64,000 nucleotides of DNA from Phoronis australis (GCA_002633005.1 NMRA01000055.1:924282-988281), one strand, 5' to 3'. Shown: positions 41,201 to 51,640, counted from the first letter of the stretch. Numbers and translations are program-made. The notes: generated by a model not told the origin, from the letters alone.

Positions 41201-44200
41201 TGTTCCATAGACCTGTCTTGGATTGAAATCTCCTGATACGGAGGTACAAAAATGCACTGTACCACAGTCCCACTTTGGAATTAATTAACAATTCATTGCG
41301 AACACAGCACTGACTAGACAGTCTGTTCTCCGAACGCATTTTTTCAAACAAGGAAACAAGGTAATTTATGCTCCGTCAAAGCTCATTGACAGTTTTGAAG
41401 ACCCCATTGTGATTAACTAAGGTCTAGCTGATGATACAGTGTACCTGTGGAAGACTTCCTTCCTTGCTGAGCTCTGTTAAGCTGGTACTGTCCTTGGCTA
41501 CCACCATTCACAGCTGCAGCGGCTAAAAACAAATTGTTAAAGCGTCATTTTTTAAATGAAGATTAATAAATAATTAAAACAAAACAATTCTTTCCACTGC
41601 AGTTCATACAGAATGAAAACATCTAAAACACTAAATCCAACTGGGCAACTTGACGACTATTTTATGATACTGAAGAAAGGGGTCTCTTTCTTTCACTTGA
41701 ATAGCTAGACTCAAGAAAGCTGTTCGTCTTGCTTGTACTCCACGAAACCATGTTGAAAACATACCCGGGTAACCCTGAGGGGAGGCGAAGTTACTGAATT
41801 GCTGCTGGAATTTGTTCTGCTGTTGGTGACCGGGGAAGGAACTATTCGGCTGGTTGACAAAGCCAGCTTGACCATGGACGGCGGGGCTGTGGGTCTGCTG
41901 TGGGTACCTGCATGGGTGGAGAACAGTATTACATTGAACAATTGGCGGTAAACATTGGACACTCTCAATGCAGTCACGATTCCTTGATTTCTATCCGAAG
42001 TAGAATTTCTATATTTAAAGACTCTCTACATTTTGAGCGGATGTACACAAATGGAGTTGCATGACAGCTGAACGTAAAGTATAAAATCATAGTAACAACA
42101 GAGAAGCTTTTTTAACAATTAGACAATTTCACATCTCTTATGAAAGCAACAACACTGACAACTTTCACACCGCCCACCTAAATGATGGAAACTCTACAAG
42201 ACTGCATACCCGTTGTCAAGGCAACCTGTATGGCTTACCTTGCTGGACTAGTGGGCGGATAAGGCGACATATGGCCCGCGGCATATGGCGAGTGTTGACC
42301 CCCAGGCTGATAGGGGCTCTGGCCGCTATGATACGGTGACTGTTGACCATGGTAGGGCGAGTGCTGCTGGAAGCTAGGCTGGCTGGCATATGGGGACGCC
42401 TGGCTCATGGGGAACCCCGCCGGTGGAGGCTGCTGGGGGTGATACGCTCCGTGGTTGCCATAGTGATTCATCGGTTGTCCCGGATACGGGTACTGTTGTT
42501 GCTGCTGGTGATGGTGCTGCTGCATGGCTGGATAACGTGCAAAATAGTAAAGCACAGTTAAAGGCCTGTCACATGCACCTTCTCAACAACTTAACAATGA
42601 GTCATGCTATAATGACATCATGACTACATCATAGCATAAGTAATGACTCTAAAAGTGCACAGTGGATTATGTCTAAGTTAAAGGAGATAGTGTAAATAGT
42701 CTACAAAATATATAACTGAGGTATTTGTATATTAGTTATTTTAAATAAAGTCAATGGACAATCTTTTGATACAATGGCAACAAATGAAACTATAATATGT
42801 GGAAACAAAGAATTTTAACTGGATCAACACATTCAAATGAACAATGCCTGCAATCTCTTTCAAGAAGCATTCATCGCTATGCTAGGCTCTGAGAAACAGT
42901 CATGCAAGTAGCTATCCGAGTTTTTGAAAATGGGTGACCCGTTACAGATTAACCAAAGATGCACGTAACGATTGCACACGAAGCACAACAAATCTATTGA
43001 AGCAGAAAAAAAACCCTTCCATCACGAAAACCACCTTTTGATTTAGACCACTAACCGTTATGGAATTGGTCACAAATTGTTCCTCAATCAAATTGGAGAT
43101 GATTTCAGGGCTTCTTAAGTACTGACAGTTTGTAATTACTTGGGACCATGCTCTACAAGTTGGCTTGTCACCGTGTCATTTTACGTGCCCAGCATGGTGT
43201 CAAGGAATGGCCAACTGTCAGTCCTTTGCAAACCCAGAAATCACTCTCATCTCAATAAGGAACAAGTTAAGACCAAATTTACAGAACAGGGATTAGAATA
43301 ACCCATGACAAAAAAGAGGAAAATTTTCCAGGCGATGCATCATTCTACAAAGAAATAGGCTTATGTGATAGAAAAATTGTTTTGTGTTGTAGAATTTAAC
43401 TGCAAGAAACTTTTTTTGCGTGAATAGTCAAAATGATAAAAAAAGAGATAAGAAATTCGAAACTGGAAATCATATAAGAGGAAATTGAAACTAAAAAAAG
43501 CAAAAATTCCAAGCCCTCATAGCAGTGATAGATCAAAATCAAGTTTGCTTCTTGCAAACAATGTCTCCATCATCTCTCGTACCCCAATTATCCTGCATCC
43601 TGCCTCCTTTGAACACATTGGGGTTTTGGTTCAGCACGGCTCTCAACAGTTCCGGAATCTCCCCCTCTATCTCATCATTGGCAAAACCATCCTTGAGTTG
43701 ACTACAACACAAAATGTACCAAGTGAATTATGGTAGTGTTTCCCTGAATTCGAACAAAAGTAAGCACCAACATTGCCATTCTACCATTTTTCAAAAGCTA
43801 AACAGATTACCAAGAACGCTCGAAATTTCACCATTTTTTTTGTTGATGACACGCGTATATTATACGACTTCCATATAAGGAAGCAGTTTTCTTTCCGTTT
43901 ACTTTTATTGGATTTTTATGAAATGATAATTCACTGTTTGGCCATATTGTTTTCTAAATAGAAGAATGTTTACTACAAACAGTGAGTAAACCAAAGACAG
44001 CTGAACTTTTAGACACGAGTATTTGCACGAGAAAGATATGTCACTACCATTCCTATCGAGGTGCCTTGATTTAGGAAGAATATCTATTGAAAAACTGTTT
44101 CTTGAGAAGTTTCAGTAATAGGGAAATGTGTGTGCATGGTCAATTTGTTGGTTCAGCACTGATATTTTGGCAATATTTTTTCAAACCAAAAATACTTTTA

Positions 44201-45783
44201 TTGGCTGTTTGGAACTGACCAACACAACAACACAAAAGGTAAAAAACTAAGTGCCTAGGTAATACATTTCATCGTTTGTACAGGAACACTGGGTGTGTCC
44301 TATAGTAATTTAGCCTCATTTAAAGAGATTGTCAAGTTGCCACCTGTAACTGAAACAGGGTCCTGGGGCTCAGTTCATAACCAGAGACACTTGCGAAATA
44401 CTAGAGGAGAGAAATCTCTTATAGAACAGAACACGTGAATTTCCTAAAAATCAACACTTGAGGCATGACAACTCATCACTTCAGTGGTGGCCATTTTGAT
44501 AGTAATGTTCCGAGTTAACTAAACGAAATCTAGCCATTTTGTGAGTGTTATGACAAAATGCTTCGCAGATTATCAACACCACATTAGGTACTCACATGTT
44601 ATCTGTGTTGGTCTGTGACAAGGCGTTGACCAGCTGGGACACTAGGCTCTCATCTGGGGTCGCCAGTAGTCGACGGGCGCGGTCAGCCAGCTGCGGGTGA
44701 TACAGCAGGCTACTGTTGTTGTGGATGGTCTCAGGCACCGGCGTTGGCAGGGGCAACTCGGGCAGAACTGGAACACAAGACCGAGGATTTCAATTAAAGC
44801 TGTTGAGTTTTTTTAATTTTCATAAAAATACTTGACACTATTTTTCAGGAAGTGATGTTAAGTAAAAGCCCATGCACTCTCTTAATGGAATGAATATGGG
44901 CACAGATCTCACTAAACCGACAAGTCAGGTCTCTTGACAAGAATGAATTTGACAGTCAAAATGGAATTTGTCTTTGTGATTGCCAAAAGTTTTTAAGAAC
45001 GAGTTTTGTGTCGAAAATGATCCGCTGTAAATCACTAAATGGTGTCCAGTATGTATTGTGACGTGCTTTTGGGAAATAACACTGCATGATACTGGCTATG
45101 TGAGCCCCCAAGGTACGTCATTAGAGCAAAGGTCAACTACTTGCAGAATGTTTTGTTTTCACATATACAAATTGTCAATGAATACAACTGCACTTTGTTT
45201 AGCACAAATTATGTTCAAATAGCATTGTCATTTAGTTCCTGCTATACATGTACATTAGCATAGTTAGGAGCATGTAAATACGTCTTTAAACTAGAAGGAA
45301 CAAAAGTGTATTCACTTCCTTAAGACAACAGTCGGTTAGCTCCACAAAATCTCTGATGCCTTTGCACCTAGATGCTTGCTGGAGATCCACCTTCTCAGAC
45401 AGAAATGAATAGCAGCCACACTTCATTTTAACAGCAGTGCTTTTTATAACGACAGGTTTACAGTTTTACACAGTTTATTAAACTTCTGCCATGGGCTTGT
45501 GGCTTTATTTTGAAACTTATTGTTTCTTCCTACGACTATGTGCCAACATTGAAAAAGTCAATTAAAAAACTCTAAGTACCATCTTGTTTGCACACAGACA
45601 ATTTCAGATCCGTTTTAATAACCAACACATACACTTAAGGTTAAATTCTACAAGGTACTAATAAAAAGAAAACTTAAGCGCAATATTTAAAATAAACATG
45701 AATAACAAAGGTATCTTACGATCGGAAAGGCTGGCTATACCAGCTAAGGTTGTGATAGGAACACTGGGTATTTCACCATTCAT
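8080..45783 (-). CDS. NIPBL: Nipped-B-like protein (cohesin loader Scc2/NIPBL), whole multi-exon CDS, about 2090 aa
   Basis: N-terminus MNGEIPSVPITTLAGIASLSDLLPELPLP matches the NIPBL MAU2-binding start. HEAT-region peptides EDYRPLFENFVQDLL, PEWPAAELLL, DTGISVRKRVIKI and YIADNLAFFPY are present. 44 GT-AG exons sum to 6276 nt with consistent phases. Confidence 0.97.
9346..9450 (-). CDS. NIPBL: NIPBL alternative terminal exon (proximal)
   Basis: cttctctag acceptor, phase 0; PRRVTRSSSKSDKKIFKTANKISKTKRARVGKEE*. Minus-strand AATAAA at 8921-8926. Confidence 0.55.
   Translation of the reverse strand, partial: PRRVTRSSSKSDKKIFKTANKISKTKRARVGKEE
10409..10636 (-). CDS. NIPBL: NIPBL exon
   Basis: FKELILSIDPAESSEDES...EPQVP, GT-AG boundaries. 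Confidence 0.9.
11693..11780. repeat. Minisatellite, 20-bp unit x about 4
   Basis: (caaaaaaggtacattcatac)n. Confidence 0.95.
12097..12271 (-). CDS. NIPBL: NIPBL exon
   Basis: KLHQYSPTEAAKVWEKPLSRK...QCYFD. Confidence 0.93.
13110..13224 (-). CDS. NIPBL: NIPBL exon
   Basis: CLPDDTSVLQRIMLTSQGCVLLLKVKQHLKEMFGFTD. Confidence 0.93.
13752..13994 (-). mobile_element. Full-length tRNA-derived SINE inserted in a MITE
   Basis: Minus-strand head ggaggcagtgtggcctggttgataag (A box) ... ggctcgagttcc (B box), T/ATT-rich tail, 12-bp TSD tgacagggaaat at 13740-13751 and 13995-14006. Confidence 0.8.
14371..14446 (-). CDS. NIPBL: NIPBL exon
   Basis: AYTGEKLGENTALADIEDEDFNNVL; phases fit the neighbouring exons. 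Confidence 0.85.
14972..15118 (-). CDS. NIPBL: NIPBL exon
   Basis: KTSLAELVYIADNLAFFPYLAMDEPLFIMHQIDIILSVSGPNLIQSFRE. Confidence 0.95.
16657..16857 (-). CDS. NIPBL: NIPBL exon
   Basis: MKAMQGVKFSYRLQ...RRGLLLSLLNLFDDSS. Confidence 0.95.
17380..17487 (-). CDS. NIPBL: NIPBL exon
   Basis: CVPYLVAIETDCEPLIRNKSEQQLKEIDKKYPGFIH. Confidence 0.95.
17879..18014 (-). CDS. NIPBL: NIPBL exon
   Basis: MASTIMQLYLKHVLESFFHSQSQVR...QGLVHPVQ. Confidence 0.95.
18528..18649 (-). CDS. NIPBL: NIPBL exon
   Basis: VLQNLKHYLTDEEVKMFKADAEWKKTAKKEDLKEMCDVQS. Confidence 0.93.
19082..19279 (-). CDS. NIPBL: NIPBL exon
   Basis: VCVSDRVFDVLMYF...SSVKLKCQ. Confidence 0.93.
20330..20481 (-). CDS. NIPBL: NIPBL exon
   Basis: AVCKIMSEHK...KPTLLRALFTVGLLCKHFDFD. 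Confidence 0.93.
21033..21286. mobile_element. MITE with CAGTACAAG termini (family also at about 13520-14032, 17100-17292, 22740-22860 inverted, 39010-39276)
   Basis: TIRs cagtacaagccaaagtattcggacaaaat / attttgtctggatactgttgtcttgtactg. The internal core cccagaattccccgtcatga...gtggaag...cgagaatga..gggaattaacaaga recurs five times in the window. Confidence 0.75.
21402..21495 (-). CDS. NIPBL: NIPBL exon
   Basis: VLQACVSCLGASVNQVSHNYKLVRDCFQKFF. Confidence 0.93.
21740..21899. mobile_element. Short hAT-like MITE
   Basis: Termini caggggtagatccagga / aaatccgccactg; G/C-run-rich interior. No clean TSD seen. Confidence 0.55.
22207..22347 (-). CDS. NIPBL: NIPBL exon
   Basis: TQNDNIVLHHVASILELVVPLMANPGESFLLQLETDMMKLILRHGQM. 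Confidence 0.95.
22516..22728. repeat. Minisatellite, 22-bp unit x about 9-10
   Basis: (aattacaggtaataggtgtaat)n. Confidence 0.95.
22923..23168 (-). CDS. NIPBL: NIPBL exon
   Basis: LFKKESE...KACRQIVDCLVE...HAQTLQPYLNIAYK. Confidence 0.95.
23433..23585 (-). CDS. NIPBL: NIPBL exon
   Basis: KLVNDVFQNMWFTP...FLEQLLSD. Confidence 0.95.
23794..23928 (-). CDS. NIPBL: NIPBL exon
   Basis: DTGISVRKRVIKIFRDIC...RRVNDEEGIK. Confidence 0.96.
24219..24365 (-). CDS. NIPBL: NIPBL exon
   Basis: KDMRSGVHGRFLDHSTAVREAAVELVGKF...ERIL. Confidence 0.96.
25085..25183 (-). CDS. NIPBL: NIPBL exon
   Basis: ILKVLCETAVAVRTKAMKCLTAVVEADPGILAR. Confidence 0.96.
25576..25678 (-). CDS. NIPBL: NIPBL exon
   Basis: PSLCKLDYDSSCLVARYLASNRPFSQSFDIYLTQ. 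Confidence 0.95.
27267..27502 (-). CDS. NIPBL: NIPBL exon
   Basis: FARKFYIAQWYRD...GAFASY. Confidence 0.94.
28229..28318 (-). CDS. NIPBL: NIPBL exon
   Basis: LDSEKDQTHILQKAMLDYLAYNSQNDPALD. Confidence 0.92.
29379..29411 (-). CDS. NIPBL: NIPBL candidate 33-nt microexon (GKRKKKRTTCP)
   Basis: atttcaag acceptor and gtaag donor; phase 0-0, in frame between exons 30316-30507 and 28229-28318. Confidence 0.55.
30316..30507 (-). CDS. NIPBL: NIPBL exon
   Basis: VQQFSNKSVEMSMRVASLDYLGIVAARLRKDA...KTPQ. Confidence 0.95.
31063..31192 (-). CDS. NIPBL: NIPBL exon
   Basis: CAIKGEEDYRPLFENFVQDLLATVNKPEWPAAELLLSLLGRLL. Confidence 0.97.
31732..31956 (-). CDS. NIPBL: NIPBL exon
   Basis: MDSDQNIQMVTALALQLIQC...SYETAMRTGHNFLSVFLK. 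Confidence 0.95.
32180..32361 (-). CDS. NIPBL: NIPBL exon
   Basis: MSSLGVTPFFVENISELQL...LARLPSSKRNLRSY. Confidence 0.96.
32480..32631 (-). CDS. NIPBL: NIPBL exon
   Basis: QYMSVRMKRAHAKHVK...LTDTVILQ. Confidence 0.93.
33234..33462 (-). CDS. NIPBL: NIPBL exon
   Basis: DDEGEEESRLWKELTMERV...MTSPNMPKQVYIEDVI...IYPEFDPVY. Confidence 0.95.
34073..34162 (-). CDS. NIPBL: NIPBL exon
   Basis: IPYERLVKLLTILQWNVRDGARVLMLPTEN. Confidence 0.93.
34500..34610. repeat. Tandem duplication, about 58-bp unit x2
   Basis: catagcattac.tggtct...ggttg.agatagaaggctacatat occurs twice. Confidence 0.8.
35046..35152 (-). CDS. NIPBL: NIPBL exon
   Basis: DDDAACPPESLIGRNLLSDLCSEAAKLKTMGVMNE. Confidence 0.93.
35500..35661 (-). 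CDS. NIPBL: NIPBL exon
   Basis: PKKKKKEKIRRP...LSTDELMETATFKRF. Confidence 0.92.
36406..36621 (-). CDS. NIPBL: NIPBL exon
   Basis: TKRHREDSEWDPSAEF...ERVKRRRSRQVNYNEDDEDE...ESPSN; phase 1-1. Confidence 0.85.
37366..37504. repeat. Minisatellite, 28-bp unit x5
   Basis: (gtcacagaatgtcaccatgtcacaggga)n. Confidence 0.95.
37814..37879 (-). CDS. NIPBL: NIPBL exon
   Basis: TKLDLKGRTSTKASGYDSSKR; strong splice sites, phase 1-1. Confidence 0.78.
37897..38107. repeat. Tandem repeat, about 72-bp unit x3
   Basis: acaagtttaatagcaagatcagacagtacaacacaccctagaacatacttctggttaaggtatcataacatt. Confidence 0.95.
38900..38930 (-). CDS. NIPBL: NIPBL 31-nt exon
   Basis: GIQLMTPQLK; tttcag acceptor and gtgagt donor; needed to bridge phase 0 to phase 1. 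Confidence 0.72.
39442..39501 (-). CDS. NIPBL: NIPBL exon
   Basis: VLPQSLPATPADHDQSNTFE; phase 0-0. Confidence 0.75.
39985..40081 (-). CDS. NIPBL: NIPBL exon with PxVxL-like HP1-binding motif
   Basis: HGVEARSSTGDTRKKKSKTKKPVVMIEPLDES. Confidence 0.82.
40471..40709. repeat. 120-bp tandem duplication joined at an N
   Basis: 40471-40589 and 40591-40709 differ by one base; ambiguous base n at 40590. Confidence 0.9.
40792..40945 (-). CDS. NIPBL: NIPBL exon
   Basis: SSPAQANAAPLSEDPLQLV...EMPPATTDT; phase 1-2. Confidence 0.8.
41445..41522 (-). CDS. NIPBL: NIPBL exon
   Basis: AAAVNGGSQGQYQLNRAQQGRKSST; phase 1-1. Confidence 0.75.
41765..41907 (-). CDS. NIPBL: NIPBL exon
   Basis: YPQQTHSPAVHGQAGF...FASPQGYP. 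Confidence 0.83.
42239..42527 (-). CDS. NIPBL: NIPBL exon (Q/H/P/Y-rich, SPY repeats)
   Basis: MQQHHHQQQQQYPYPGQ...MSPYPPTSPA. Confidence 0.88.
43583..43701 (-). CDS. NIPBL: NIPBL exon
   Basis: QLKDGFANDEIEGEIPELLRAVLNQNPNVFK. Confidence 0.93.
44596..44767 (-). CDS. NIPBL: NIPBL exon
   Basis: LPELPLPTPVPETIHNNSSLLYHPQLA...LVSQLVNALSQTNTDN. Confidence 0.94.
45720..45783 (-). CDS. NIPBL: NIPBL first coding exon
   Basis: MNGEIPSVPITTLAGIASLSD, 64 coding nt then gtaag. The acceptor at 45806 implies an upstream non-coding exon. Confidence 0.96.
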
Positions 45784-48108
45784 CTTTAGTGTGAACCGAC
45801 TTGGTCTGAAATACACAACACATTAATATGAACAATTAATCATTATTAGAAGTCAGTGCCACTGTCAAAACCAAACACAAATTTACGACTAAGCATGAAA
45901 TATGTATCCCTTCCGACGGAGGAAAAGACTTGATTATCTGACGATGAACGTGTAAATTACAAAGAAAAATGAACAAAAAATGCTAACTGTGAAGATACAA
46001 AGAAGATAATTCTATTTGTGACGGACATACAATCACACAGCAATGTCATCAAATGTGAGAAAAATTTTTCATTCAAGGAAAATGACACATCAATTGTTAG
46101 GCCTCCTTGACATCTTTCCATATAACAACTTTTGTTTCATCTCAGAGATCGCGATGAAAAATCTTTTTTTAACTTTATGTGAATTGCAGTCTTATTTTTT
46201 ATTTTATACGACTTAGCAGAATGTTTTGTATCTTCTAAATATTTTTTCCAGACAACTCCATGCAAGCAAGTAAGTGTGACGGACTGACGGACGTATGCTC
46301 TGAATTTCTAGTATAAACCATTTGTTGTGGCTAGGATGTCAGTTGGAAATCTCTCAAATTTCAGTGTATATTCTAATAGTGGTCTTGCAACGGAACATAT
46401 ATTTCTGACTTTTATGTTGAATTTTTCACCAACTAGCATTTAGGAAAACTGTTTGATGTGTTAAAAAGAATAGAAAATAAATGTAAATGCTTCTATCCTA
46501 AATAAAAATGCAAAAAAGTGTAATGTAAAACACAACTAATGCTAGTGCATAAAAAGCTTTTCAATTATTTCTTTTACAAATCAAGAGTCTCCTTAAGCTT
46601 GCACAGACTTATTGTATGGGTCATGTACCTAATCCTTCCGACTCATGTCCATATTAATAAATGAAGGGGGTGTTTTAAAGTATTAAAGTAAGAGGATTTC
46701 AGTATCTTCTTGTAACAAAGTGTCAAGTAAGCAAGTGGTTTAGCATGGTTTAGCTAACAACATGACATTCATATTTAGATCCATGACATACAGGGTTTCC
46801 CATGGGTTTTGAAAGGAGCATGGTGGTTGGTGGTGAATGGCCAAAACGGGGTGCAAAGCCTGTTGTGGGATGCCCCTATTGCCTGGGTTTCGAAAGGGGG
46901 CGAGATCCTTGTTTGGCCAGAAATATGTAAAATCTGAAGACGTCAATCATTTACTATGAAATCAATTCAGAAAAGCCACCAAAGACACTAAAACCAGTGG
47001 GTGCTCAGTAAAGGTGCTGATAAAAATAAAGAATAAAGTAAATCACAAATTGCTACAACTTAGAAATTCTCAATAACACTTTTTCACCACAAAACAGAAT
47101 TACGGGTCAGAGCGGAAATAAAAAGTTGATTCTAATAGACCAGTAACATGTGTAAGCCAGTTTGGAAGGTTTTTGTTTCTGTAACTTTCCAAAACACTAA
47201 GGATATCTTTACAAGTTCACAAGAACAATCAAGTTGATAAACTGACATGTTGCTGTACTTGTTATGTGTTCCAAATGCTCAACTGACATGTTGCTGTTCC
47301 TGTAATGTGGGCTTAACGCCCAATTTTAACAAGTTGGATTCCATTAAGAATAAGTAGACCATGCAGTTGAGTATAAATATTCAGCAAATACCTTTCTACT
47401 GCAGAGAGGGTGTCTAAATCAGTAGCTACTTCTTTGATTGATTGTATAACTATCTAGATATTTTAAAATTCTAAATTCTTAAGTTTCAGGCAAATTCTAT
47501 CTTTAATATGCAAGTAGACAAAGTAGATTTATATAAACAGAAAAATTGTATTTCATGGGTGTGACAGACGTACATGATGGACGTACGTGATGGACATATG
47601 TGACAGATGTACGTATGTGAATGACGTACCTATGTACATGACAGACATCTAAATATCACGCGATTTCTGACTTAAATGCTCAGATCAAAAATTTCGGTCA
47701 CTAATATTGATAAACACTTTACAAGAGAACCTGAATTTATTTTGATTTTGATAAAAAACTTGACACAACTTAACTTTTCCGTCCTTCTTGTTTGCACATA
47801 CAGCGCCACAACATAATTTTTGAATAGTTTAAGTAGGCATCATGTGCTTGCACAAACTTGATAATATAGTGGAATTTCGGTAATAGTCAGATAGGTGGGA
47901 ACCTGATTTCAAATGGATTTGAGAACCAGTTAGTACCATGAACAACGGGTGTTCTTCAGTGAGAGAAACTGGTTCTCAAATCACGACCATGTATCCATCC
48001 AACTATTACTGGTATTCCCATTATTTGCCCCTGTATAAAAATTAAAAAGTGGTTCACAGGTCGTATATTCTCAGATATTAAAAACTACACTCTTCCAAGA
48101 GTTAACTA

Positions 48109-48939
48109 CTGTACTCGTACGGGTTACTGCCCATGCTTGGCTTGCTGCCCAACCCCGAAATTTTCAAATTTTCAGTTTTAAGTGCCTATGCTCTGCTTAC
48201 CGCCCACCCCTAATTTTTCAAGATCGCGATTTCCTGAAAAGTATCTGTTTCTGTGAACGTTCGTTGCTCAAAACTAAAATTACAAAACGTGCGCAACTTG
48301 CTTACCCTTCAGTGACAATCAATCAGTTTTAGTGGAACCGGGAACTTGCCTTACTATGGTGGTAAAACACTCGTATTCTCATGAACTTTACTGAAGGAGA
48401 CACAATTATTTCATTTGGCTCATGCGCGGAACTCGTGTCGGCATTTACTGATGACTGAGACAGCGCTTGTCGATTGTATTTCATTGCCGTGGAAGAACAA
48501 GCAAAGCAGTACAAGAATTTGAAGTCCCTGTTCTACCTTTCTGTGATTCCCCGTATGTGCCCTGACAGTACACATGAAACATCACCACCCTGAGCAATGA
48601 AATAAGAAAAAGCACGACCACACCAACATTATTTTGGACGCATTGTTTTGAATATAAGCAGACACGAGTTATTGTGACAAGCCAACTAGGCTCGCTGTTC
48701 CCTGCCTTGGCCAAACGCATTGATAATGGCTCATTCCCGACACCAAATGGAAGCGCCCAACCACAATAGAAGCGCCCAACCAAAAACAACAGCGCGAGGG
48801 TAAAGTCGTTCCTCCGTACAATAAGCACCCACTCCTGACTTTTCAAAAATTTCAATTTCAACCGCCCATGGCTTGCCGCCCACCTCGTTTTTTAGATTCA
48901 AAATTTAAGCACCCTGGGCAGTAACCCGGAGGAGTACGG
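48109..48939. mobile_element. Non-autonomous Tc2/pogo-like DNA transposon
   Basis: TIRs ctgtactcgtacgggttactgccca / tgggcagtaacccggaggagtacgg, TA on both sides, subterminal ccgccca/gcgcccaacca repeats. Confidence 0.8.
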
Positions 48940-49780
48940 TAAATGACTTGCCAGTGTTGCAAAAATTGGCGTTCTACCGTTATTCTGCAGCTATAGTTGT
49001 GGAGCGAAATATTGCGTCACCAATTGGCCAGTTTCTTTTTTCCCCGATTCTTCAATCAGCTGTTCTTCTTCCACAAAGTTGAGTACATGTCACTACATAT
49101 TATCAGAACTGGTTTTATTTCGTTACAAGTTTTTAGTATTTCAACTCATTCCTCCCTGATCCCGCCATATGGCGTGACTGTTAGTTTTCACTCAGGACCT
49201 GATGCTGTTCGGAGGCGTTATCTAAACAATGCATCTCACAGGCGGATCACACCTTCAGGAGGGATAGAAGGCAGCGATTTATTGGTTTAAGTTTAAATAT
49301 ATCTAGGGTATTCCCAGTTTTCTATCCAATGAGGATTGAGACACCAGACTCTGTATTAACTTATTGTTTGTGAAGTTAATGCCTATTAGCTATTATTCTG
49401 GACTTTAGAACAGTTTCTCCACAAGCTAATTATCAACTTAAGGAAAAACCAGGAAGCGTGTTAAATATGTAGTGGTTGTTACAACTTTTGAAAGATTATA
49501 GAGATGTTCTTTCAAGAAATATAATATGTTTGTTTGATTTGAAGACTAGATTGAGGCTAATTGCTCTGAACTGGAGCCTAATTGGTGTTACATAACACCA
49601 CTTAATCACGTGAACATGAGATATGCAGAATCAATCTTTGATGCGTTTCATTGGCAAGCATTTTCGACCACTTTTGCAAATTTCCAGATTCGCCGAAGAA
49701 AGTTTCGGGCCACTGCATAACATGTGATAAAACGTCACAAAGCAGCGGTGTTTCTATTAATTCTTAAGCGATCAACTTAC

Positions 49781-50580
49781 CAAACTTTGTGGTGGACAAA
49801 TACGTTTATTTTTCGCGTAAGATGTCCTTATTACATGTACAAAATATCCACGACAATATCCCTGATATCGCACTGCCGCACTGGTCGGTCCTGTTGTTAG
49901 CGTGCAAGTGGTCCCGGCAGACAATCGTGACTGAGAGATGTATGCCTCGTTTATATCCCATAAGACAGCCAAATTGAAAATGACAGCCCTATTAATCGCC
50001 AAACGACGATCACACCTTTAATTTCAGTTGCCAAGAAATTCTCAAACCCTTTCTTGTTTCTAGAGCTACATGCGCGGAATATGATTCGTTTTTCACACGT
50101 TGTTGTCAACGTAAAGTATAGGCCTATTCCAGCGATTCAAGTGCGTGAACTCACGCATGCGCACCAGTTCAAAACTGCACGTCAAAAGAGAACAGCGACA
50201 GTCCTACATGAAAGGGTATACCAGCTTGGCTCTGTTAAGCACCCGGGTGCCAATGGTTTATTTGAAAATGAACTCATAGATTCGCGGCAGTTATAAAAGA
50301 CCCGATGCTTTACGATATTCACCCTCGACTGACAACCCAGAACTGATGTCTTCCGGTTCCGATGTTTCCCAGAGTTCGATGTTCTCTAAACCAGATATTC
50401 TATGCCCGTAGCCAGCTATTGCAACTAAATGGGTACTAGATACGAAATTGTGGTTAGCGAACTTTTTATTCTTCTCTTCATATACCCCCCCTTCCCCGCC
50501 AACTTTTCGCTCTCCGGACCACCGCCGCTGCCGTAAAAATGTTCAGACTCCAATATAAACAATCTTGTTCCGGTTGAAGC
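49781..50580 (-). promoter_or_regulatory. NIPBL: Putative NIPBL promoter and non-coding first exon
   Basis: Locally CpG-richer region with ETS-like ttccgg sites (about 50352, 50568) and a GC-box ccccgcc (about 50494). Strong minus-strand donor TTG|GTAAGT at 49780. The TSS cannot be determined. Confidence 0.4.
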
Positions 50581-51640
50581 CCACAATTAAAAACGAAATT
50601 ATTCTGGGTGGCTAAAAAAGGTACAGTGTAGGTGGTAACGATATCCAGAAAGTTACCCCTACTAGATAGAGTTTGCCTCGCAAAATCGTATTAATATATG
50701 ACCGCGCGTGGTTTAAAATTGACACACAGCCTATATGGTGTGTCACTCTCATTTTACATGCCAAATTCAGTTTTCAAAAAAACATCTTTCTCAATAGGTA
50801 AAAACCAAATCTCGGCTTTGTCTCCGAAAGAAAGTTAACACTAGTTACATGCGTGTCATTTTGTGACTGACCTATTTTACCCGTACTTGGAAGGTATTGA
50901 GGAGCAAACTTGCCATTACCCGATGGAAACCCGCAAGGAGGGAGTCGGGAATTATTTTGAGGCTTTTCACTTTCATAGAAAACTAATTGTTGAGTATGTA
51001 AACAGCATAAGTACCACATTTTTGTTGTAAAATTTGCACTGAATTGTTCATTTGGTTAGGGCATTGTTTCACTGATTTTTTTCTCGAAAGATGTTTCTCA
51101 AACGTCGAGTTAAGTTGCAAAATTTAGGCTGCGAACAAAAAGCGGAGGAAATTTGTACTCGGAGTTGGTTTGAATCTTTAACGACTTTGATGACTGCCAG
51201 TAGCAGGTCAGACCTAGCAAAATCCCAGATACTTTTTCAACGGGCATTTTCTCCCTTTTCACATTGCAGACTTAGCTACTCGAATGCACGTATCAGTTAG
51301 AGAGCACTAATTCAACATTCACGGAGACAACTTGCCTTGCGCTCTAGAGCCTTTCAATGGCAGTCGTGAAGAACAGAAACGCCGTACCTGCATGAACGAA
51401 CCCAGTTTTGCGATATGCAATTTGTGAGTATTTAACGCTGCAGTTAAGAGCATAATCTAAACATTTTCTCGATGATCCAAAAAATCAATTTTGGCACGTA
51501 AAAATAGCAGGAAAGTTTTGCGACCTGGCATTTATGACTCAGGTTCGAAGGAGTTAATACCATCAAACTGAAATTCAGAACAAATTCTGCTGCTGCAGAG
51601 CTGCCATCATCTCCCGAGAGATGTCCCAAAGAATTGGGGT

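Noticed and set aside
8080-45783. Possible non-canonical or U12 introns, or a disrupted NIPBL
   Set aside because: All traced introns are GT-AG with consistent phases, and no expected conserved block is missing.
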